From an uncultured bacterium (lineage in GTDB: Bacteria; Fidelibacterota; Marinisomatia; Marinisomatales; UBA1611), in the NCBI GenBank assembly GCA_963933175.1, contig CAWVTW010000003.1:1-38457 (forward strand): a stretch of DNA of 38,457 bases. The letters run 5' to 3'. Position numbers and translations under genes: made by a program. Position 1 is the first letter of the stretch; every line of letters begins with the position of its first letter. Positions 29,735 through 38,457 of the stretch are shown here, piece by piece. The notes under the pieces are model-generated. The model was not told where the DNA came from. It ran no database searches and worked only from the letters and a program-made list of their open reading frames with translations.

Positions 29735-29921
29735 TTGAGTAGGGCTCTTCTATCTTATTTTGTAATAACTTTTCTGGCTCTATTTATTAATGTGTTCCCG
29801 AAACATAAATGAAGAAGATCGTGTTGGGAGCAATAATATTTACACCCAAGATGGTGTTTATTTATTTACTTGGGATTCACTACCCTATTGGAAACAACAG
29901 GAAATGTTAATAATCAAATAA
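29735..29921 (+). pseudogene. Possible frameshifted remnant of a small lipoprotein/secreted protein
   Basis: TTG 29735 gives hydrophobic (M)SRALLSYFVITFLALFINVFPKHK*. An overlapping +1 frame from 29790 gives MCSRNINEEDRVG...QQEMLIIK*. Confidence 0.3.
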
Positions 29922-29936
29922 AATTATAATTCAATA

Positions 29937-31103
29937 ATGCCCTTTAATCTCCGCCTAGCTCTTCGTTATTTATTCTCTCCGAATAAAGGCAGTTTTTCGT
30001 CTACTGCCAGTTGGCTAGCAATTGGCGGACTTTCCATCGGTATAACAGCTTTGATGCTCACTGCCAGCATCATTCATGGATTTAAGCAGGTTATTTCTGA
30101 AAAACTTTCATCCTTTGAAGGGCAAGGCAGGATTCAGCATATTCTCGGGAATCAGATAGATTTAACGAATCCAACATTGGATTCCCTAATCCAATCCTAT
30201 TCCAAATCATTTTCGCCTTTTGTACGAGGTGTATGCATGGTTCGCTCGGGTGCTCATGCAGATGGTGTATTGATTGAAGGAATAGAATCGCTTCCAAAAG
30301 CTATTTCAGGCAATCCAAATAATAAAATAATACCCGGGGAAATTGTGGTGGGCATTGGATTAGCTCAGGAACTAAAAATCGAAAAGGGAGATAAAGTTTT
30401 TCTCCAAGTTTTCTCATCTGGTTCATCTTCACCATTTTCTAGAAAAATAAAACCAGTTATGGTAAAAGAAATTTTTCATTCTGGGCTTCAAGAATATGAT
30501 AAAACTTTGGCTTATATCCATTTGGATGATGCCAGGGACTTATTTGGATTTGAAAATAATTTTGTGTCTGGCATGATTTTGAATGATGCCAATATTTCTA
30601 TGATTCGAAAGGAAATTTCGTATCCTTACTTCTATGAATCCTGGCGAGAGCGCCATGCACTTCTTTTTGAATGGATCGACATCCAGCGTTGGCCAGCTTA
30701 TATTATGTTTGGACTGATTGCACTAGTGGGGATAGTCAATATCATTGCCGCCATTGCCATGATTATTACCGAGAAATCCGGGCAAATTGGGATTCTTATG
30801 GCCCAAGGCACCCAGATGTCAACACTAAAGAGTGTTTTCATGATACAGGGTGGATTTATAGGCCTTATGGGTGGAACCATTGGTGGATTACTTTCCATGG
30901 CCATCATTTGGGCTCAATTGAAATTCGAGATTCTGAAAATTCCTGCGGAGATCTATTTCATGGACCAAATCCCATTTTCATTTGATTATCCAGCATTTGG
31001 ACTCATTCTGATCATTACTTTTATCTTTTGCATGGTAGCTTCGTGGTGGCCCACAAAAGTTGTCACCGCCTTAAACCCCGCGATTGCATTGGGATACGAA
31101 TGA
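29937..31103 (+). CDS. Lipoprotein-releasing ABC transporter permease (LolC/E family)
   Basis: ALRYL...LAIGGLSIG, periplasmic domain with FHSGLQEYD, EKSGQIGIL.A.G, EIYFMDQIP, ALNPA.AL.YE. Confidence 0.9.
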   Translation: MPFNLRLALRYLFSPNKGSFSSTASWLAIGGLSIGITALMLTASIIHGFKQVISEKLSSFEGQGRIQHILGNQIDLTNPTLDSLIQSYSKSFSPFVRGVCMVRSGAHADGVLIEGIESLPKAISGNPNNKIIPGEIVVGIGLAQELKIEKGDKVFLQVFSSGSSSPFSRKIKPVMVKEIFHSGLQEYDKTLAYIHLDDARDLFGFENNFVSGMILNDANISMIRKEISYPYFYESWRERHALLFEWIDIQRWPAYIMFGLIALVGIVNIIAAIAMIITEKSGQIGILMAQGTQMSTLKSVFMIQGGFIGLMGGTIGGLLSMAIIWAQLKFEILKIPAEIYFMDQIPFSFDYPAFGLILIITFIFCMVASWWPTKVVTALNPAIALGYE

Positions 31104-32266
31104 ATTGGGAGAAAAAAGTCTCAAAGAGGTTTTCTGAATCATCGAGAAGGCAGGTATGGTTCTCAGGGTTATTTTCCATGATCGGCATGGGCGTGGGATG
31201 TTTTGCCATGATTGTGTCTCTATCTGTCATGAATGGATTCGAAACGCTCGTCCATTCCAAATTAAAAGGATTTGAAGGTGATCTTCGTGTTTCGGGTCAA
31301 GTTTCTGAAAATGATATTTCTGAATTGGATGGAATTGAAATAGTAATGCCATTTATGGAGCGTCGAGGTGTGGTTGAAGACGGGAATGATCAAAAGGTGG
31401 TTTCCCTAAAAGCCGTAGATGTGGCAAAAATGGCACAGTTCTACAATTTACCACTTCGTGGAGAGTCTCCCAAAATAAGTGAAGTAGTGATTGGTCAGGA
31501 TCTAGCTTACCGATTGGGAAAAGATGTTGGTGATGAGATCATGGTTTATAGCCCCATTGATCAGTCCTTTGGATTTGGTTTAACACCAAAAACGAAAATG
31601 ACAATAAGTGGTATCTTTTCAACAAGAATTCTGGATTACGATGATAGATTTGTTTTTTTATCACTCCATGATGGGAAAAAATTGTTCAAGCGAAAATCCG
31701 GTTTGGATGGAATCGATATTCGCGTTTTGAAAAATATCAATATATCGTCACTAAAATACAATTTGGTACAAAAATTGGGTGATTCCGTGGCTATACAAAC
31801 TTGGGAAGATTTAAATCGGTCCCTGGTGGAAGCCATGAAAATGGAACGATTGGGCACCATCGTGATCTTAAGTCTCATATTCCTGGTGGCAGCCTTCAAT
31901 TTGGCTGCTACATTATCGCTGATTTCTATCCAGAAAATCAAAGAAGTGGGAATCCTGAAAGCAATGGGTGCACCGACTGAATCCATCCAAAAGATTATAA
32001 TTCGGATGGGTTTTAATAGAGCAGGGAAAGGCGCCATCTGCGGATTTATTTTGGGCATTTTTCTTGCACTAGTTCAAAACCAATTCGGATGGATACCGAT
32101 TCCATCAGATATCTATTTTATTGATGCGTTGCCTATGGTACTTTTTCCAAAAGATCTATACACTGTGATCTTCATCTCATTCATGTTTATTTTATTGGCT
32201 TCGTTTATAGCAGGACGAAAACTGGCTCACACACAAATCAAGGATGCGCTCCAATGGGCGAAATAA
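31100..32266 (+). CDS. Lipoprotein-releasing ABC transporter permease (LolC/E family)
   Basis: ATGA overlap at 31100; SLSVMNGFE, A.KMER, LVAAFNL, KEVGILKAMGA, IYFIDALP. Confidence 0.9.
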   Translation: MNWEKKVSKRFSESSRRQVWFSGLFSMIGMGVGCFAMIVSLSVMNGFETLVHSKLKGFEGDLRVSGQVSENDISELDGIEIVMPFMERRGVVEDGNDQKVVSLKAVDVAKMAQFYNLPLRGESPKISEVVIGQDLAYRLGKDVGDEIMVYSPIDQSFGFGLTPKTKMTISGIFSTRILDYDDRFVFLSLHDGKKLFKRKSGLDGIDIRVLKNINISSLKYNLVQKLGDSVAIQTWEDLNRSLVEAMKMERLGTIVILSLIFLVAAFNLAATLSLISIQKIKEVGILKAMGAPTESIQKIIIRMGFNRAGKGAICGFILGIFLALVQNQFGWIPIPSDIYFIDALPMVLFPKDLYTVIFISFMFILLASFIAGRKLAHTQIKDALQWAK

Positions 32267-32931
32267 TCTTACAGGCAAAAAATATTGGGAAATCCTTTTC
32301 TAATGGAAAAACTAAACTGTCTGTTCTTCAGGATTTCTCTTTGGATGTGGAAATGGGCCAAATCATAACGATAATGGGGCAATCGGGTTCAGGGAAAACA
32401 ACTGCATTAAATATTCTCGGCACGTTGGATCAGGCCGATTCTGGGGAATTAACTATCAATGAGAAACAAGTTCATGACATGAATGAAGATGAATTATCAA
32501 CAATTCGGAACCGTGATATCGGTTTTGTTTTCCAATTCCATCATTTATTACCAGAATTTTCAGCAATCGAAAATATATTAATGCCAACATGGATAAATGG
32601 GACGGATGATAGAACAGATCGTGCTATAGACTTAATTGAAAAAATGGGATTATCAGAAAGAAAAGACCATTTCCCAAGCCAATTATCTGGAGGTGAAAGA
32701 TCCCGGGTGGCAGTGGCCCGTGCATTAATGAATAAGCCCAAGTTAGTTTTGGCAGATGAACCAACAGGAAACTTGGATGAAAAAAATGCAAATAAACTCA
32801 TTGACCTTTTAGGTAAAATTAATAAAGATTTTCATCAGGCGATCGTGCTTACAACGCACAATCCGAAAATCGCACGAATCGGCCACAAACAATTCTTCTT
32901 AGAAAACGGATCCTTATCCGAAAAAGCATAA
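32254..32931 (+). CDS. lolD: Lipoprotein-releasing ABC transporter ATPase
   Basis: GQSGSGKT, LolD motif GFVFQFHHLLPEFSA.EN, LSGGE, LADEPTGNLD. Confidence 0.92.
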   Translation: MGEIILQAKNIGKSFSNGKTKLSVLQDFSLDVEMGQIITIMGQSGSGKTTALNILGTLDQADSGELTINEKQVHDMNEDELSTIRNRDIGFVFQFHHLLPEFSAIENILMPTWINGTDDRTDRAIDLIEKMGLSERKDHFPSQLSGGERSRVAVARALMNKPKLVLADEPTGNLDEKNANKLIDLLGKINKDFHQAIVLTTHNPKIARIGHKQFFLENGSLSEKA

Positions 32932-32938
32932 CCGAATC

Positions 32939-35407
32939 ATGAAAGAAAATTTTTCAAAACGCGTCCAATTAATCATTAAACTATCTAAGGAAGAAGCGAT
33001 TCGTCTGGGGCACAGTTATGTGGGCTCGGAACATCTTTTATTGGGTTTATTGAAGGAAAGCTCAGGATTAGGTAAGAAGGTTCTGGATGTGTACGACATT
33101 GATCCAAATGAAATGGTCTCTATGATCGAGGATATGATCAAAACTTCCGGCGGCACCATGACCCTTGGGCATTTACCTTTAACCCGTCGTGCGGAACGGA
33201 TCCTTCGAAATGCATTCAGTGAAGCATCATCCCGCGGTGAAACCATTGCAGATGATGAACATTTACTCTTGGCTATGCTCAGAGAATCTGAAGGTATAGC
33301 CTTTGAGATATTGAAATCATTTTCATTGGATTATGATACAGTTGGTGACCTGATTAAAACCACCGAAGATGAATCGGATTTAGATACACCCATGTCATCG
33401 AAACCATCTTCCAAAAGCAAAACACCAACATTGGACCATTTTTCCCGCGATATTACCCAACTTGCCAAAAAAGGGAAATTGGATCCTGTGATCGGGCGAG
33501 AAAGTGAAATCGAACGTGTGGCTCAAATACTGACCCGTCGGAAGAAAAATAATCCTGTTTTAATTGGTGAACCCGGCGTTGGAAAAACAGCCATTATCGA
33601 AGGATTGGCTCAAATGATCATAAGGAAAACAGTCCCTAGGATTCTTCATAATCAACGAATTTTATCTCTAGATCTGGCTGCTATAGTTGCTGGTACGAAA
33701 TATCGAGGGCAATTTGAAGAGCGTCTAAAAAGTATCATGGTGGAATTAGAGATGAGTGAGAATGTGATCGTTTTTATTGATGAGATCCATACTTTGGTTG
33801 GTGCTGGTGGTGCTTCAGGTTCTTTGGATGCATCTAATATGTTTAAACCGTCCTTGGCTCGTGGAGATATTCATTGCATAGGTGCTACAACAATGGATGA
33901 ATATCGGAAGTATATTGAAAAAGATGGGGCGTTGGATAGACGATTCCAAAAGATTACTATAAATCCGCCTTCAATCGAAGAATCCACAGCGATTCTCCAT
34001 GGGTTGAAAGAAAAGTATGCAGAGCATCATAAGGTGAATTATACCGATAATGCAATTGAAGCTTGCGTCTATTTGTCTGAACGGTATATTTCAGACAAAT
34101 TCTTGCCGGATAAGGCCATTGATGTAATGGATGAAGCGGGTGCCAAGGCACATATGTACAATCTTGAAGTGCCAAAAAGTATCCTAGAAATTGAAGATGA
34201 TCTTCAACAAATAAGAGATCAAAAAGAGACAAAGGTCTCAAACCAGTTATTTGAAGAAGCGGCAGTCTTAAGAGATCAGGAAAAGAAATTGCTCCATCGA
34301 TTGGGTATCGCACAAAAACAGTGGCAAAATGAAGAAGATGATAAATCTGTCCTGATTAATGCTGAACATATTGCAGATGTAGTTTCTCTCATGACAGGCA
34401 TTCCACTATCAAAGGTCGCAGAATCTGAAAGTCAACGATTGTTGCACTTGAATCACGAATTAAGTAATTATATAATAGGACAAGAAGAAGCAATTGTTAG
34501 TTTAACAAAGGCAATTCGCAGATCTAGAACAGGATTGAAAAATCCAAACAGGCCTATAGGTGTGTTTCTCTTTCTCGGACCTACTGGTGTTGGAAAAACA
34601 GAATTAGCTAAATCATTAGCGAAATACTTATTTCCCCATAACCAGGCTTTGGTGAAATTGGATATGTCTGAATTCACTGAACGGTTTTCCATTTCAAGAT
34701 TAATCGGTGCACCTCCCGGGTATGTTGGATATGAGGAAGGTGGTGAACTCACTGAAAAGGTGCGACGCAATCCTTACTCTGTTGTTTTGTTGGATGAAAT
34801 TGAAAAAGCTCATCCAGATATATATAATGTATTACTTCAAGTATTTGATGAAGGCATATTAACAGACGGACTTGGGAGAAAGGTAGATTTCAAAAATTCT
34901 ATTGTAATCATGACATCAAATCTGGGAACAAAGGATTTGAAAAATGATGGATTTGGTTTTGGTGGAAGTAAAGCTGAAGAGAAATATCAAAATATGAAAG
35001 AGCGAGTTATGGAGAATGTTCAGGATCTTTTTTCTCCGGAACTAATGAATCGAATTGATGAATCTATTGTATTTCATTCTCTCTCTGAACAGAATGTGTA
35101 TGACATAATTGATCTCCAGTTGTTTGACCTGATCCAAAACCTTTCCAAACTGGGACTAAAACTTAAAATGACAAAAACTGCAAAGAAACTCTTGGCGAAG
35201 AATGGATATGATGCAAAATATGGTGTTCGACCACTTCGAAGAGAGATTCAAAAGTCATTAGAAGATCCCATTTCAGAAATGATACTTAAACATGCATTTA
35301 CCAAAGGGACAACCATTACAGTTAAAGCATTGAAAAAAGACCTGTATTTTGATTATAATTCCAGTAAGAAATCCCAAGAGAAAAGGTCTGAATCATCATC
35401 TGAATAG
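32939..35407 (+). CDS. clpC: ATP-dependent Clp protease ATPase subunit ClpC
   Basis: Two Clp-N repeats (EHLLL), GEPGVGKT, UVR-like M domain (FEEAAVLRDQE), GPTGVGKT, GAPPGYVGYEEGG, ClpP-docking GFGF; 822 aa. Confidence 0.93.
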   Translation: MKENFSKRVQLIIKLSKEEAIRLGHSYVGSEHLLLGLLKESSGLGKKVLDVYDIDPNEMVSMIEDMIKTSGGTMTLGHLPLTRRAERILRNAFSEASSRGETIADDEHLLLAMLRESEGIAFEILKSFSLDYDTVGDLIKTTEDESDLDTPMSSKPSSKSKTPTLDHFSRDITQLAKKGKLDPVIGRESEIERVAQILTRRKKNNPVLIGEPGVGKTAIIEGLAQMIIRKTVPRILHNQRILSLDLAAIVAGTKYRGQFEERLKSIMVELEMSENVIVFIDEIHTLVGAGGASGSLDASNMFKPSLARGDIHCIGATTMDEYRKYIEKDGALDRRFQKITINPPSIEESTAILHGLKEKYAEHHKVNYTDNAIEACVYLSERYISDKFLPDKAIDVMDEAGAKAHMYNLEVPKSILEIEDDLQQIRDQKETKVSNQLFEEAAVLRDQEKKLLHRLGIAQKQWQNEEDDKSVLINAEHIADVVSLMTGIPLSKVAESESQRLLHLNHELSNYIIGQEEAIVSLTKAIRRSRTGLKNPNRPIGVFLFLGPTGVGKTELAKSLAKYLFPHNQALVKLDMSEFTERFSISRLIGAPPGYVGYEEGGELTEKVRRNPYSVVLLDEIEKAHPDIYNVLLQVFDEGILTDGLGRKVDFKNSIVIMTSNLGTKDLKNDGFGFGGSKAEEKYQNMKERVMENVQDLFSPELMNRIDESIVFHSLSEQNVYDIIDLQLFDLIQNLSKLGLKLKMTKTAKKLLAKNGYDAKYGVRPLRREIQKSLEDPISEMILKHAFTKGTTITVKALKKDLYFDYNSSKKSQEKRSESSSE

Positions 35408-35411
35408 ACCC

Positions 35412-35434
35412 TAGTCCGCCATATAGGTGGACTA
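35412..35434 (+). terminator. Stem-loop after the clpC stop (TAGTCCGCC-atata-GGTGGACTA), no U-tract
   Basis: 9-bp stem with one G-U pair, 4 nt after the TAG. May act in stabilization or processing rather than true termination. Confidence 0.4.
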
Positions 35435-35471
35435 ATCAATCCCATCTGTCAAATTGTACCACCATTTTCGG

Positions 35472-35487
35472 TGGTACATTCCTTGCC
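35472..35487 (+). promoter_or_regulatory. Putative sigma54 (-24/-12) promoter of dnaK: TGGTACATTCCTTGC
   Basis: GG(35473-74)-N10-GC(35485-86), close to the TGGCAC-N5-TTGC consensus, about 55 nt before the dnaK ATG (SD AAGGAG). Confidence 0.65.
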
Positions 35488-35541
35488 TAAATAAACCAGT
35501 TTTTTAACACAATTTTTGTTTTTCGATCAAAAGGAGAAAGA

Positions 35542-37443
35542 ATGGGCAAAATTATCGGAATTGACCTAGGAACCACAAACTCGTGTGTTGCCGTCTTAGA
35601 AGGCGGGGAACCTACAGTAATCACTAATCCAGAAGGCGGCCGGACGACACCGTCTGTTGTAGGATTTACAAAAGACGGTGATCGGCTTATTGGACAGGCC
35701 GCAAAACGTCAGGCAGTTACAAATCCTGAAAACACTATTTTTTCTATAAAACGGTTCATGGGCAGGATGCATGATGAAGTTGGGACTGAATTGACTGAAG
35801 TTCCGTATAAAGTTGAGAAAAATTCAAATGGTGCATGTGTGGTGAATGCAGGTGATAATGAGTACACTCCACCAGAAATTTCTGCTATGATTTTACAAAA
35901 ACTTAAACAACAAGCAGAAGAATATCTTGGGACAAAAGTCTCCGATGCGGTTATAACAGTTCCTGCTTATTTTAATGATTCTCAGCGTCAGGCAACGAAG
36001 GATGCAGGGAAGATCGCCGGATTGAATGTTCGCCGAATTATTAATGAACCTACTGCAGCATCCCTTGCTTATGGTTTGGACAAAAAGAAAGATGAAAAGA
36101 TTGCTGTTTTTGATCTGGGTGGTGGAACATTTGACATTTCCATCCTCGAATTAGGAGATGGTGTGTTTGAAGTAAAATCGTCCAATGGAGACGGGCATCT
36201 TGGTGGTGATGATTTTGACCAGAAAGTGATTGATTGGATAGCCGATGAATTCAACAAATCAGATGGAATCGATCTTCGAAAAGATGCAATGGCGCTTCAG
36301 CGTTTAAAAGAAGCAGCGGAAACGGCAAAGAAAGAATTGTCTTCCTCAAAGCAAACTGATATTAATCTCCCTTTTGTTACTGCTGATGCATCTGGTCCTA
36401 AACATTTAAACCTGACACTTTCACGTGCAAAATTTGAAGACTTGGTGAATGAGCTTGTTGAGCGAACGATTCAACCTTGTATGCAAGCTATTAAAGATGC
36501 TGGTGTATCGAAAAGTGAAATTGATGAAGTAATCCTGGTGGGTGGTTCAACACGGATTCCAAAGATTCAAGAAAAAGTAAAAGAGATCTTTGGTAAAGAG
36601 CCGAATAAGAGTGTGAACCCTGATGAAGTTGTTGCTCTGGGTGCTGCAATTCAGGGAGGTGTTCTTTCCGGTGATGTGGATGATATCCTTTTATTAGATG
36701 TGACACCTCTTTCTCTGGGGATTGAAACATTGGGCGGCGTTTCCACAAAACTCATTGAACGAAACACAACTATTCCCACTAAGAAATCGCAGGTATTCAG
36801 TACGGCTGCTGATAATCAAACCACTGTTGAGATTCATGTGCTACAAGGTGAACGAGAAATGGCCCTAGATAATAAGACCATTGGGCGTTTTCATTTGGCG
36901 GACATTCCGCCTTCACCTCGCGGCATTCCACAAATTGAAGTTTCCTTCGATATCGATGCCAATGGTATTCTGAATGTAAATGCAAAAGATAAAGCCACAG
37001 GTAAAGAGCAAAGTATTCGAATAGAAGCATCCAGTGGATTATCCGATACCGAGATCGATAAATTGGTGAATGATGCCAAGAAACACGAAAGTGAAGATAA
37101 AGAAAAGCGTGAAAAGATTGATTTGGTTAATCAAGCAGAACATTTAATCTATGAAACAGAGAAAAATGTGAAGGAACATGCTGAGAAATTAGATGATCCG
37201 GAAAAAGAGAGTTTAACTGAAAAAGTTGAAGAATTGAAAAAAGCCAAAGAAAGTGGTAGTGTAGATAATATTAAATCTGCCATGGAATCTTTAAATGCAT
37301 TCTGGAGTACTGTAGCATCAAAAATGTATGATTCTGCAAAGCAGGAAGAGGATGCTTCAGGTGGTGAGTCAACGGATGGTACGGATGCAAAAAAGAAAAA
37401 AGAGAGTGAGATCGAAGACGCGGATTTTGAAGTTGTCGATTAA
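35542..37443 (+). CDS. dnaK: Molecular chaperone DnaK
   Basis: [44 protein letters not shown]-terminal EDADFEVVD. Confidence 0.99.
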   Translation: MGKIIGIDLGTTNSCVAVLEGGEPTVITNPEGGRTTPSVVGFTKDGDRLIGQAAKRQAVTNPENTIFSIKRFMGRMHDEVGTELTEVPYKVEKNSNGACVVNAGDNEYTPPEISAMILQKLKQQAEEYLGTKVSDAVITVPAYFNDSQRQATKDAGKIAGLNVRRIINEPTAASLAYGLDKKKDEKIAVFDLGGGTFDISILELGDGVFEVKSSNGDGHLGGDDFDQKVIDWIADEFNKSDGIDLRKDAMALQRLKEAAETAKKELSSSKQTDINLPFVTADASGPKHLNLTLSRAKFEDLVNELVERTIQPCMQAIKDAGVSKSEIDEVILVGGSTRIPKIQEKVKEIFGKEPNKSVNPDEVVALGAAIQGGVLSGDVDDILLLDVTPLSLGIETLGGVSTKLIERNTTIPTKKSQVFSTAADNQTTVEIHVLQGEREMALDNKTIGRFHLADIPPSPRGIPQIEVSFDIDANGILNVNAKDKATGKEQSIRIEASSGLSDTEIDKLVNDAKKHESEDKEKREKIDLVNQAEHLIYETEKNVKEHAEKLDDPEKESLTEKVEELKKAKESGSVDNIKSAMESLNAFWSTVASKMYDSAKQEEDASGGESTDGTDAKKKKESEIEDADFEVVD

Positions 37444-37461
37444 TCTTTTTTCTTAAGATTG

Positions 37462-37498
37462 AAAAAAGCTTTCGGCCGGTGGGTTGAGAGCTTTTTTT
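37462..37498 (+). terminator. Intrinsic terminator after dnaK
   Basis: AAAAAAGCTTTCGGCC-ggtg-GGTTGAGAGC-TTTTTTT: stem with G-U pairs followed by a 7-T tract. Confidence 0.85.
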
Positions 37499-37546
37499 AT
37501 ATATGGAACTCACTTCCAAAATTAGAGTTCACATTGTAACCTTTCC

Positions 37547-38457
37547 ATGGTGCAAAACAAGAAAAAATACATACTCGGCATCAGTGCCGCCTTAATCCTG
37601 TTTTTAATGATACTGCTACGAGCAGCAGTCTGGGGAGAGTTCATTCAAAAAAAGTTTAATGAAAAGATTGCATCAACCGATTGGTCTATCGATGTTGGAT
37701 CATCATCCGGTACCCTATTTGGAACAATGCATTTTCAGAATATTTCTTTAAGCCATCAGGAAGGTTCCCAAATCCTGATAAAAAAATCATCCATTAATTT
37801 TGGACATATTGCATCCTTCTTCGGAGAAATAACTTTCGATATCTTGAGTATTGAAGGGCTGTCAACTGAATTCGATAAAACTTGGACAAAAATGGATTCA
37901 TCAAAAGTTGGAAGACAACCCATCAATATTCCATTCCATGTAAAATCATTTTTTGTTTCAGGACAAATTATGTCAGCCTTCAATGAACAATTCTACAAAA
38001 TAAATTTGAAAATTGGAGGTGAATTTGAAGGTGGGACTCGCCCAATATTAGTTTGTGATCTATTTCAATTATCCATTGAAGAGAATCCAAATATGCTTGC
38101 AAACCTTCGTAGCCTGGTTTTGGGATTTGATGGATCATCCTTTTATCTCAATAAGGTCACGGGTGATATATTGGGGGTTCCGACCCGGGGTGAGATGATC
38201 TTTGATGATCAGCGTTCCTTATTGACTGGAAATATGAATGTAAGTGAAATCAAAATTCCTGAAGAACTATTCACCAAATTACCGCTTAAAAATAAATTTT
38301 CTACTTTTTCAGGTAATTTTGATTTTGAATCTGATTTGAAATATTTCTCCGGAACCTTGGTTCTTGAAAATGACCTTGGATTGGATATGATGGGAGAATT
38401 TTTAATAAGAAGACAAAAACAAGCGTGGGTTATAAAGAAACTTCAATTAGCGGGAGA
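37547..38457 (+). CDS. Membrane-anchored beta-rich protein, TamB/AsmA-like (3'-partial)
   Basis: Not in the ORF track because it has no stop. The frame is open from ATG 37547 to the window end: MVQNKKKYILGISAALILFLMILL (TM anchor), then SGTLFGTMHFQNISL and alternating beta-strand sequence. Confidence 0.65.
   Translation, partial: MVQNKKKYILGISAALILFLMILLRAAVWGEFIQKKFNEKIASTDWSIDVGSSSGTLFGTMHFQNISLSHQEGSQILIKKSSINFGHIASFFGEITFDILSIEGLSTEFDKTWTKMDSSKVGRQPINIPFHVKSFFVSGQIMSAFNEQFYKINLKIGGEFEGGTRPILVCDLFQLSIEENPNMLANLRSLVLGFDGSSFYLNKVTGDILGVPTRGEMIFDDQRSLLTGNMNVSEIKIPEELFTKLPLKNKFSTFSGNFDFESDLKYFSGTLVLENDLGLDMMGEFLIRRQKQAWVIKKLQLAG

Noticed and set aside
37506-37530. Inverted repeat GAACTC-N13-GAGTTC upstream of the last ORF
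   Set aside because: Only 6-bp arms with a long spacer; not CIRCE and compatible with chance.
98-37983. Numerous 60-211 aa antisense or alternate-frame ORFs in the track (e.g. 10062-10697, 16243-16854, 1077-1613, 24864-25400, 37756-37983)
   Set aside because: They lie within well-supported + strand genes, show no recognisable motifs, and are the expected shadow ORFs.
1-38457. CRISPR arrays, tRNA/rRNA, IS elements, prophage or defence genes
   Set aside because: Intergenic gaps are about 200 nt or less with no repeat-spacer or cloverleaf pattern, and no protein shows transposase, integrase, phage or defence motifs.

Overview
Gene-dense, AT-rich core-chromosome segment from a diderm bacterium (LolCDE, TamB/AsmA-like gene, lipoprotein ApbE). 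Gene content and Na+-bioenergetics suggest a marine FCB-type lineage such as Marinimicrobia, which is inference only. All genes are on the + strand except nqrM, and many have coupled stop/start codons. Order: 'nqrABCDEF-apbE, reversed nqrM, IT-superfamily Na+/H+ antiporter, PduO-type cobalamin adenosyltransferase, DHH/NrnA, ispH, pdxS, pdxT, dxs, cstA, stand-alone B12-dependent acyl-CoA mutase large subunit, eroded ccmF remnant, small Ccm accessory gene, ccmABCD, archaeal-type GAPDH-like gene, MBL hydrolase, tilS-hpt-ftsH-folP-cdaA, prfB (programmed +1 frameshift), lysS, lolC/E-lolC/E-lolD, clpC, dnaK with terminator, and a partial TamB/AsmA-like gene. I see no rRNA, tRNA, CRISPR, prophage or IS, and no clear novel multi-gene system. 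The best leads are an archaeal class II GAPDH-like enzyme in a bacterium, a mutase with isobutyryl-CoA-mutase specificity residues (F81/Q199), a Ccm cluster that keeps ABCD but has only a frameshifted ccmF tail, a sigma54-like -24/-12 element overlapped by a palindrome before dnaK, a probable non-canonical pdxT start, and a natural korormicin-resistance-type residue in NqrB.
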